The notes beneath the pieces are model-generated. The model did no database searches. It had not been told where the DNA came from and saw only the letters and a list, made by a program, of their open reading frames with translations. The position numbers and the translations under genes were made by a program. Positions 18,218-26,333 of a stretch of DNA of 57,974 nt are shown here, one piece after another; positions within the stretch are counted from its first letter, which is position 1, and each line of letters begins with the position of its first letter. Origin of the DNA: Bacteroidia bacterium (GTDB lineage Bacteria; Bacteroidota; Bacteroidia; Bacteroidales; VadinHA17); contig JAPLDY010000033.1 in the NCBI GenBank assembly GCA_026391595.1, positions 1 to 57,974 of the forward strand, written 5' to 3'.

Positions 18218-19531
18218 TTATTCTCCCAGGCCTTCCCTGTCGCTGAATTTCAGCTTCTTACTGAGCTTTCGTATTGCCGATTCAATGCTCTGATCGGGCT
18301 CGATCACATTGTATTCGCCCCAGAAATCGGGATCAGCAAATGCGCTCACTTTATCGGAAAATACATCAGTGAACTTCAGCTTATCCTTTCCTGCAAATTT
18401 AATAACTTCCTCGTTAGTACGGTCTGTGACTGCTATTTCTGACATCGTGGTATAATAAGTATTGAATAGTTTCTTTTTCCAGTCAACCTTGAATTTAACC
18501 TCTGCCCTGGAATATTCGAAGTACCATTTGCCATTTTGTTCGCGGTATTTGGTCCGGTAAGTTGCAATTTCCGGAGTGACTTCCATCCCAAGCGGTTTCT
18601 TCCTTATGAATATTGACTGTGCTGCATCTTTATCAGAAAGGTTGAAACCAAATTCAGCTTCAGTCAGAGCGTATGAATCCATTTCTATATAGAGGCTTCC
18701 CATAAACAGAGGGATATCAACAGAAGGTTTTTGAACGAAATCTATAACATAATGTGGTCTGCCATCTATTTCAACAACACCGGAAAGCGAATAATTATAG
18801 TATTTCATTGCATCAATCGTAAGTATAGCCTCTGTATTCTTAGCAAGGTCAAGGTCGAGTGTGCTTACAGGCCCTCCCTGAAGTTTGAAAAGAACAGTAT
18901 CCATTTTTTCGACATCCGCACTTTTCCTTCCCTTGTATATCCTTGCGTTGTCAAAGCGGACATCATTGGCGTAGGGAGCTTTAAATATCTCCACAACTGC
19001 TTCTCCAATAGAAACATAAGTCCTGTTCTTACGGATAGTCTCTCTGTAGAATGCTGTCATCAGATTCGGGACCGACTCATAGTTCTTTCCTATCCTGGAG
19101 ATTGCCTTTGTTACGATATCATACGGATCGATCGGCTTTACAATAATCTCCTTTATTGGAATTGGCGCCTGCTCCATGGAAATGATGTTCTTATAACCCT
19201 TATCACGGAGAGAACTGATCGCAACTACCTTATTCTTATACCCGATGAATGTGAACTCAAGCTCTTTCGAAGCAAGAGATTCACCGATCTTGAGTGTGAA
19301 TTCACCATCAATATTGGTGACAATTGCAACGTTGGCATCTACAACTGCAACAGAAGCAAAAACAAGAGGGACACCTGATTCTGCATCAATCACCTTACCT
19401 TTTATGGTCAGATATGACTGCTGCTGTTCAGATTTCTTCCTCTCACCTGAGGCGCCTGCGACTGCTGTCTGAAATGCAAATACCAGTAGCAGAGCCGCAG
19501 CATAGAAAGAAATGTTCTTAAAAGTTTTCAT
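18218..19531 (-). CDS. CarboxypepD_reg-like domain protein, paralog of 15196..16755 without the STN segment
   Basis: Signal peptide, then LTIKGKVIDAESGVPLVFASVAVVDANVAIVTNIDGEFTLKI. The C-terminal ~330 aa are colinear with the 519-aa paralog. Its stop directly abuts the sigma factor start, with no gap. Confidence 0.8.
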   Translation of the reverse strand: MKTFKNISFYAAALLLVFAFQTAVAGASGERKKSEQQQSYLTIKGKVIDAESGVPLVFASVAVVDANVAIVTNIDGEFTLKIGESLASKELEFTFIGYKNKVVAISSLRDKGYKNIISMEQAPIPIKEIIVKPIDPYDIVTKAISRIGKNYESVPNLMTAFYRETIRKNRTYVSIGEAVVEIFKAPYANDVRFDNARIYKGRKSADVEKMDTVLFKLQGGPVSTLDLDLAKNTEAILTIDAMKYYNYSLSGVVEIDGRPHYVIDFVQKPSVDIPLFMGSLYIEMDSYALTEAEFGFNLSDKDAAQSIFIRKKPLGMEVTPEIATYRTKYREQNGKWYFEYSRAEVKFKVDWKKKLFNTYYTTMSEIAVTDRTNEEVIKFAGKDKLKFTDVFSDKVSAFADPDFWGEYNVIEPDQSIESAIRKLSKKLKFSDREGLGE

Positions 19532-19664
19532 GGCGTATTTAATTTGGTTATGACTTATGGATATTATTAATTATCCTTTTTCAATCCTAAGACCTGACTG
19601 ATGGCATTCTACCCTATTCTTAACATGAAAAATATTTTAGTATCTTACTTTTTTATTTAGGTCG

Positions 19665-20636
19665 ATGAAAGACTCACTGATCAGGCCGGCAAATGCGGTT
19701 GCTGCCGGATTTTCTTACCTAAGAGGCTCAATATCCGGAAGAACTACCGTTCTTGGGATGCCGCCGGCAGTGGGTGCCGAACTTACCAATTACTGCAACC
19801 TGAGATGTCCTGAATGCAACTCCGGTTCAGGGCAGATGACAAGGGAGCGCGGGTTCATGAGTGTTGATCTCTTTGAGAAGATCATCAAAGAACTGGGCCC
19901 ATACCTATATAATATAAACCTCTATTTTCAGGGAGAATCAATGATGCATCCGCAATTCTTTGTGATTCTCGAAAAATGCAGGGATATAAGCTCTACCCTT
20001 TCAACAAACGGACACTTTCTTTCCCCTGAGAATGCTGAGAAAATTGTCAGATCACAATTGGGAAAGATAATAATCTCGCTCGACGGGATGGATGAATCAG
20101 CATATACTTCTTATCGGGTGAACGGCAATTTCGAGACAGTTATAAACGGCATAAGGAATATTTCTGAAGCAAAATACAGAAATCCTTCGCATCTGAAGGT
20201 GATAATTCAGTTTCTCGTGAACAGGAACAATGAGCACCAGATACATGAAGCAAAACGATTTGCCGTTGAAATGCATGCTTCACTTTATCTGAAATCGATG
20301 CAGATCATAAACAAGGACTCGTATTCTTCATGGCTTCCTTCCTTAAGTAAATTCAACCGGTACAAAAAATACGGGAATGATTATTCTATCAAAAGCAGGT
20401 TGCCAGCCAGGTGTTCAAGGTTATGGTTTAATCCGGTCATAACATGGGATGGCAAGGTGCTTCCATGCTGTTTCGATAAAGATGCCGATCATGTTATGGG
20501 TGATCTTAACAGGGATTCATTCAGGGATATCTGGAAAGGGAAGGAGTACAGGAAATTCAGAGAAAGATTATTTACAGGCAGAAGGATGATTGCAATGTGC
20601 AGAAACTGCACTTCAGGACTTTTTACACCGTCATAA
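19665..20636 (+). CDS. radical SAM / SPASM-domain protein
   Basis: CX3CX2C cluster motif CNLRCPEC and a C-terminal Cys-rich SPASM-like region (CSRLWFNPVITWDGKVLPCCFD...CRNC). Confidence 0.8.
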   Translation: MKDSLIRPANAVAAGFSYLRGSISGRTTVLGMPPAVGAELTNYCNLRCPECNSGSGQMTRERGFMSVDLFEKIIKELGPYLYNINLYFQGESMMHPQFFVILEKCRDISSTLSTNGHFLSPENAEKIVRSQLGKIIISLDGMDESAYTSYRVNGNFETVINGIRNISEAKYRNPSHLKVIIQFLVNRNNEHQIHEAKRFAVEMHASLYLKSMQIINKDSYSSWLPSLSKFNRYKKYGNDYSIKSRLPARCSRLWFNPVITWDGKVLPCCFDKDADHVMGDLNRDSFRDIWKGKEYRKFRERLFTGRRMIAMCRNCTSGLFTPS

Positions 20637-21186
20637 CGTCCTTTTCTTTCAAAGCCATTACCTTGTCGACCTTATCGTTATACAATGAAGTCAGTTCCTG
20701 AACATTTTCAACTGCTTCTTTTTCCAGGTCTTCAGGAAGTCCATCCTTCAGCAAAAGTTTAAGTTCGTCATTTGCCCATTTACGTGCGTTACGGACGCTT
20801 ATCTTGGCTGTTTCACCCTCATTCCTTACCTGTTTTACCAGCTGGTGTCTTCTTTCCTCGGTAAGGGGAGGTATATTTATACGGATTACTTCGCCATTAT
20901 TTACAGGCATAAGCCCTATGTTTGCTGCCATAATAGCCTTCTCGATTGTCCCCAGCATGGTCTTTTCCCATGGCTGTATCAGGATGGTTTTAGGATCAGG
21001 GGTGTTTATATTTGAAACCTGAGCAAGAGGTGAGTTGACGCCGTAGTAATCGACTGTCACTCCATCAAGCAGCGCAGGGTTTGATCTGCCGGCGCGCAGC
21101 CTGGCAAGTTCATGTTCAAGGTGTTCAAGTGCATGCTGCATCCTGTCCTTGGTCTCTTCTACTATGAGTTCAACATCTTCGTTCAT
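20623..21186 (-). CDS. frr: ribosome recycling factor
   Basis: MNEDVELIVEETKDRMQHALEHLEHELARLRAGR...VRNARKWANDELK is typical RRF. The start is set at the internal ATG 21186; the longer ORF adds a non-conserved hydrophobic leader. Confidence 0.9.
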   Translation of the reverse strand: MNEDVELIVEETKDRMQHALEHLEHELARLRAGRSNPALLDGVTVDYYGVNSPLAQVSNINTPDPKTILIQPWEKTMLGTIEKAIMAANIGLMPVNNGEVIRINIPPLTEERRHQLVKQVRNEGETAKISVRNARKWANDELKLLLKDGLPEDLEKEAVENVQELTSLYNDKVDKVMALKEKDVMTV

Positions 21187-21264
21187 AATGCTGAATATTT
21201 TCGTATTACTTAAAAAAGTACAAGCAGAACAAAAATAATAAAATAGCGGGAATTGCAAGTCCCG

Positions 21265-21972
21265 TCAGCTGTAAATAAGTGTCCCGGTTTTGACTCCGTT
21301 AATTACTTTCATAAGATTTCCGGGAGAATTCATATCAAAAACTACTATTGGCATGTCATTATCACGGCACATTGTGAATGCGGTAGAATCCATAACCTTT
21401 AGCCGGCGGCTTATGACCTCTTCAAATGTAATGGTTTCAAATCTGGTTGCTGCCGGATCTTTTTCCGGATCGGCAGAATAAACCCCATCAACCCTGGTGC
21501 CTTTAAGAAGAACATCAGCACCAATCTCGACTGCCCTTAGTGCTGAAGCAGTGTCGGTGGTGAAAAACGGATTGCCTGTTCCTCCTGAAAGGATGCATAT
21601 CGTCCCTTTTTTCAAATCTTCAACAACCTTATCCCTGTTGTAAAGTTCACCTATAGGCTCCATTCTTATTGAAGTGAAAACTCTGGCCTTACCTCCCAGT
21701 CTGAGGATTTCGCTTTCAAGCGCAAGACTGTTGATTATGGTTGCCAGCATGCCCATCTGGTCGCCCTTTACCCTGTCGAATCCCGATTCTGCGCCACTCA
21801 GTCCGCGGAAGATGTTGCCTCCACCCACCACGATGGCTGCTTCACAACCTTCCCTTACTACATCAATTATTTGCCCGGCATAATCCTCGAGGACTTCTTC
21901 GCTTATTCCATGATTGTCTTTTCCCGCCAGCGATTCTCCGCTGAGTTTTAACAATATCCGCGAGTATCTCAT
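21265..21972 (-). CDS. pyrH: UMP kinase
   Basis: YSRILLKLSGESL, VVGGGNIFRG, ILSGGTGNPFFTTDTASALRAVEIGADVLLKGTRVDGVYSADP. Confidence 0.93.
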   Translation of the reverse strand: MRYSRILLKLSGESLAGKDNHGISEEVLEDYAGQIIDVVREGCEAAIVVGGGNIFRGLSGAESGFDRVKGDQMGMLATIINSLALESEILRLGGKARVFTSIRMEPIGELYNRDKVVEDLKKGTICILSGGTGNPFFTTDTASALRAVEIGADVLLKGTRVDGVYSADPEKDPAATRFETITFEEVISRRLKVMDSTAFTMCRDNDMPIVVFDMNSPGNLMKVINGVKTGTLIYS

Positions 21973-22006
21973 AATGTTCTAGTCTTTTTTGTAAAGATAT
22001 GATTTT

Positions 22007-22153
22007 CTCACGTACTCACCCCCTTAATCCCTCCCGCTGAAGCGGGACAGGCTCTTTCAGCTGAAGCAAAGAGGGGGAAATAGCTGGTATACAGTAAAAT
22101 AGCCCCCTTCTTTCCTTTAGGAGAGAAGGGGATTTGGGGGATGAGTACATGAG
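22007..22153. repeat. 147-bp intergenic element with imperfect terminal inverted repeats; member of the GC-rich repeat family
   Basis: CTCACGTACTCACCCCC (22007-22023) matches the reverse complement of GGGGGATGAGTACATGAG (22136-22153) at 15 of 17 positions. It contains the family core on the - strand (22032-22055, AGAGCCTGTCCCGCTTCAGCGGGA). Internal hairpins are CCCGC-TGAA-GCGGG and CCCTTCTTTCC-TTTA-GGAGAGAAGGG. Confidence 0.7.
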
Positions 22154-22159
22154 CCACCT

Positions 22160-22193
22160 AAAAAAAAGAAGGTGTCCTTTTGGGGCACCTTCT
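22160..22193 (-). terminator. rho-independent terminator of tsf
   Basis: The - strand reads AGAAGGTGCCCCAAAAGGACACCTTCTTTTTTTT, a stem followed by a T-run, 24 nt after the tsf stop. Confidence 0.75.
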
Positions 22194-22216
22194 AAATATG
22201 AAATATGAACTTACGT

Positions 22217-23047
<831 letters not shown>

Positions 23048-23093
23048 CTTATTTCTTTTTACTAATCACTAATCAATATTCACAAATCAACAA

Positions 23094-23990
23094 TTAAGAT
23101 TCTTCTTCCTCTTCTTTCTCTTCACCGGCAGCTTCTTCCTCTTCTAAATGTTTTCCGACGACAGTTTCCTCTTCAGCTTCCTCTTCCTCTTCTTCATCCT
23201 CCTCGACTATTGCCTCTATAATTGAGGCAGGAATATCTTTTGCCTCAAGGTCCTTTCTCATGCCTTTCTTATCTTTCATGGCAGGTTCCTTGTCTTTTTC
23301 CATCTTTCTTTCATTGAGACCTTCCTCGATTGACTGGCAAAGTATTTCCACTATAAGTGAAATTGATTTTGATGCGTCATCATTTGCAGGAATCGGGAAA
23401 TCTATTTCTGAAGGATCGGAGTTGGTGTCGACCATTGCAAAAACCGGAATACCGAGACGTTTGGCTTCTCTTACTGCAATATGTTCTTTGCATACATCAA
23501 CTACAAATAATGCAGAAGGAAGGCGTGTGAGGTCGACTATACTTCCCAGGTTCTTCTCGAGTTTGGCTCTCTGACGGGTAACCTGCAGTCTTTCGCGCTT
23601 CGACAGGTTTGTAAAAGTACCGTCAGTTGCCATTTTGTCGATCGATCCCATTTTCTTGACCGCCTTGCGGATAGTCGGAAAATTGGTAAGCATTCCACCG
23701 GGCCAGCGCTCAGTCACATAAGGCATGTTAACCTTTTTTACTTTCTCGGCAACTATTTCCTTTGCCTGTTTTTTGGTTGCAACAAAAAGAATTTTCTTGC
23801 CTGACTTTGCAATATGCTTCATTGCTGAAGCAGCTTCTTCGAGCTTTACGATGGTTTTTTCGAGATCAATAATGTGAATACCATTGCGCTCCATAAATAT
23901 ATACGGAGACATTGCAGGATTCCATTTTCTTTTGAGGTGTCCAAAGTGAACACCAGCATCGAGTAATGTTTTAAAATCTGTTATTGGCAT
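23094..23990 (-). CDS. rpsB: 30S ribosomal protein S2 with a long acidic C-terminal tail
   Basis: LLDAGVHFGHLKRKWNPAMSPYIF, WPGGMLTNF, LFVVD. The last ~60 aa are E/D/K-rich (EEDEEEEEEAEEE...EEKEEEEES). Confidence 0.95.
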   Translation of the reverse strand: MPITDFKTLLDAGVHFGHLKRKWNPAMSPYIFMERNGIHIIDLEKTIVKLEEAASAMKHIAKSGKKILFVATKKQAKEIVAEKVKKVNMPYVTERWPGGMLTNFPTIRKAVKKMGSIDKMATDGTFTNLSKRERLQVTRQRAKLEKNLGSIVDLTRLPSALFVVDVCKEHIAVREAKRLGIPVFAMVDTNSDPSEIDFPIPANDDASKSISLIVEILCQSIEEGLNERKMEKDKEPAMKDKKGMRKDLEAKDIPASIIEAIVEEDEEEEEEAEEETVVGKHLEEEEAAGEEKEEEEES

Positions 23991-24102
23991 TTTATTTATT
24001 TTAAGTTTACATTCTTTAAAATCAATTGCAGAGTAGTTCCTTACCGGGAAATCTGTGCAATTTAGATACTAAACTTGCATCTTCTGACTGACGGGACTGA
24101 TC

Positions 24103-24489
24103 CTAGCGTTTGCTGAACTGGAACCGCTTGCGGGCTTTTGGCTGGCCCGGCTTTTTTCTTTCAACCTCGCGCGGATCACGTGTGGTGAACCCGTTAGATT
24201 TAAGAATTTTCTTATTCTCCTCATCAACCAGTATGAGGGCTCTGGTGATGCCAAGCCGAAGAGCTTCAGACTGGCCTTTTACTCCACCACCCTCAAGATT
24301 AACAGTTATATCGTATTTATCACCTGCATTCAAAACAAGCAATGGCTGGGTTACAACGTATTGAAGAATTTCACTTCCGAAATACTCTTTATAATCCTTG
24401 CCGTTAACAGTTATCTTGCCTTTTCCATCACTTAAATATACTCTCGCAACGGCTGCTTTTCTTCTTCCAAGGGCATTGATCGCTTCCAT
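24103..24489 (-). CDS. rpsI: 30S ribosomal protein S9
   Basis: GRRKAAVARVYL...GGGVKGQSEALRLGITRAL...TRDPREVERKKPGQPKARKRFQFSKR. Confidence 0.96.
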   Translation of the reverse strand: MEAINALGRRKAAVARVYLSDGKGKITVNGKDYKEYFGSEILQYVVTQPLLVLNAGDKYDITVNLEGGGVKGQSEALRLGITRALILVDEENKKILKSNGFTTRDPREVERKKPGQPKARKRFQFSKR

Positions 24490-24498
24490 GTCTGTTCC

Positions 24499-24951
24499 TT
24501 ACTTGTTTTTTATTTCAATTTTTTTAGGTTTCTGTGCTTCATGCGGGTGGACTGTGCCGGCATATACATGAAGGTTCCTGTAAAGCTCACTTCCAAGACG
24601 ATTCTTTGGGAGCATGCCTTTTACCGCATTCTCAACCAGCCTGATAGGGTTTTTCTTCATCATCTGGGCAGCTGTGGTAAATTTCTGACCGCCAGGATAT
24701 CCGGTATGCCTTACATATTGCTTGTCATCCCATTTTTCTCCGGTCAAAACAACCTTTTCAGAATTGATGACAATAACATTGTCGCCGCAATCAACATGGG
24801 GAGTATAATTGGTTTTGTGCTTTCCCCTCAGCATGCTGGCAACCAGAGTTGCAAGACGGCCAAGAACTGCACCTTCTGCATCCACGATCACCCACTCCTT
24901 GTTAACAGTTGTCTTGTTTGCCGATACTGTTTTGTAACTTAAGGTGTTCAC
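24499..24951 (-). CDS. rplM: 50S ribosomal protein L13
   Basis: KEWVIVDAEGAVLGRLATLVASMLRGKHK..YTPHVDCGDNVIVIN...HTGYPGG. Confidence 0.96.
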   Translation of the reverse strand: MNTLSYKTVSANKTTVNKEWVIVDAEGAVLGRLATLVASMLRGKHKTNYTPHVDCGDNVIVINSEKVVLTGEKWDDKQYVRHTGYPGGQKFTTAAQMMKKNPIRLVENAVKGMLPKNRLGSELYRNLHVYAGTVHPHEAQKPKKIEIKNK

Positions 24952-25015
24952 TTGTTATTCGTTTTTAATTGATATACTTGTACTTAATGATATAAACCCT
25001 TTAATTTCGGGATTG

Positions 25016-25023
25016 CAAAAATA
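25016..25023 (-). promoter_or_regulatory. candidate -7 box (TAnnTTTG) for the rplM-rpsI operon
   Basis: The - strand reads TATTTTTG, about 65 nt upstream of the rplM ATG. No clean TTTG -33 box. Confidence 0.4.
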
Positions 25024-25134
25024 CAACATATTTATTAAAAAAAAAGAATATTGCGCAGATTTTATTCATGATACGAAAAAGTAAGCTTATTTTTACACTC
25101 CTTTTACGGGAGAAACAGTAAAACGTGCATTGAA

Positions 25135-25605
25135 ATGAAAGATGACAGGTCTTTGCTAAAGCATGCAATAAGAATTGCAGATAAAGGAATTGAAGATGGC
25201 TACGGACCATTTGGTGCAGTAATAGCTAAAGACGGTAATATAATTGCTCAGGCAAAAAATAAAGTGGTCCTTTCTCATGATCCGACAGCTCATGCTGAAG
25301 TGCTGGCAATAAGAAAGGCTTCATCGCTCCTGAAGACACACGACCTGTCGGAATGTGTCCTTTACGCCTCATGCGAACCCTGTCCCATGTGTCTGGGTGC
25401 AATTTACTGGTCCGGAATAAGAAAAGTGGTTTATGCCTCGGACCGTAATGATGCCGAGAGATCGGGATTCAGCGATAAATTTATATATGACGAGATAGGA
25501 ATTTCTCCGTCTTTGAGAAAAATAAGTTTCATCAGAATACAGGACACAGAAGGTGAAAAGGTTTTCAAAAAATGGGACGAATTTGAAAACAGGATCCCAT
25601 ATTGA
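25135..25605 (+). CDS. guanine deaminase-like zinc deaminase (CMP/dCMP deaminase fold, GuaD-like)
   Basis: GPFGAVIAKDGNIIAQAKN...DPTAHAEVLAIRKA...CEPCPMCLGAIYWSGIRKVVYA...FSDKFIYDEI carries the HAE and PCxxC zinc motifs. Overall it resembles Bacillus GuaD more than TadA. Confidence 0.7.
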   Translation: MKDDRSLLKHAIRIADKGIEDGYGPFGAVIAKDGNIIAQAKNKVVLSHDPTAHAEVLAIRKASSLLKTHDLSECVLYASCEPCPMCLGAIYWSGIRKVVYASDRNDAERSGFSDKFIYDEIGISPSLRKISFIRIQDTEGEKVFKKWDEFENRIPY

Positions 25606-25606
25606 A

Positions 25607-26134
25607 ATGGCTGCAGGCAAAAGACTTAACTACAATTTTTTCATGCGCGACGTGCTTAAGGTAGCCCCAGAGCTTATCGGGAAAATTCTGGTGATCAGAA
25701 CAGGCAAAAACGCTTTCAGAAGATATATGATAACTGAAACTGAAGCTTACCGCGGATCAGAGGATGAAGCATGCCATGCAAGCAAGGGAAGAACTGCCAG
25801 GACAGAAGTTATGTACCATGAAGGCGGGAAGATCTATGTTTATTTTGTTTATGGAATGTACTGGATGCTCAACTTCGTGGCAGGAGAAAAAAATGATCCA
25901 CAGGCGGCGCTGATACGCGGGATAGAAGGATTCATCGGACCCGGAAGGGTGACTAAAGCTCTGAAAATCGACAAATCATACTATGACGAGGATTTGACAA
26001 CCTCAAAGCGCATCTGGGTTGAAGATACAGAAATAAGACCAGATATAAAAACAGGTCCACGGATTGGAATCAACTATGCCGGGGATATCTGGAAAAACAA
26101 ACCCTGGCGATTTTTCATAATTAAAAATAGTTAA
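25607..26134 (+). CDS. mpg: DNA-3-methyladenine glycosylase (Mpg/AAG family)
   Basis: VAPELIGKILV...ITETEAYRGSEDEACHASKGRTARTEVMYHEGGKIYVYFVYGMYWMLNFV. The start is set at ATG 25607, one nt after the deaminase stop. Confidence 0.85.
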   Translation: MAAGKRLNYNFFMRDVLKVAPELIGKILVIRTGKNAFRRYMITETEAYRGSEDEACHASKGRTARTEVMYHEGGKIYVYFVYGMYWMLNFVAGEKNDPQAALIRGIEGFIGPGRVTKALKIDKSYYDEDLTTSKRIWVEDTEIRPDIKTGPRIGINYAGDIWKNKPWRFFIIKNS

Positions 26135-26230
26135 GAACTTACACAGAGTTACACAGAGAACCACAGTGCTACACAGAGGATTTTCTCTGTGGTACTCTGT
26201 GTTTCTACGGCTTTCCTCTGTGAAAGTTCT
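26134..26230. repeat. 97-bp imperfect palindrome built from CACAGAG / CTCTGTG heptamers
   Basis: ACACAGAG occurs at 26141, 26151 and 26171, with CCACAGTG at 26161. Inverted CTCTGTG occurs at 26185, 26196 and 26217. The outer arms AGAACTTACACAGAG and CTCTGTGAAAGTTCT are complementary at 14 of 15 positions. Confidence 0.7.
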
Positions 26231-26333
26231 TTAAATTTCTATCAGGTTAAAATGATGTTAAATAGAATATCTTTTAGCCTCAAATCGCATTTTTTTGCGT
26301 TCTTTGCTTTTTCATTAAAAAAAATTTCAGGTT

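Noticed and set aside
18731-19378. 215-aa + strand ORF antisense to the 437-aa CarboxypepD_reg gene. Similar long antisense ORFs occur at 1983..2579, 12895..13455, 22647..23072, 5908..6231 and 46793..47245.
   Set aside because: Each lies wholly inside a well-supported gene on the other strand, has a low-complexity or atypical composition, and shows no recognisable motif.
25001-25210. 69-aa - strand ORF, and the 26189..26371 + strand ORF, in intergenic regions
   Set aside because: Both lie across promoter or repeat DNA: the rplM upstream region, and the CACAGAG palindrome together with the DUF2723 gene start. Both overlap the starts of well-supported genes and have no motif support.
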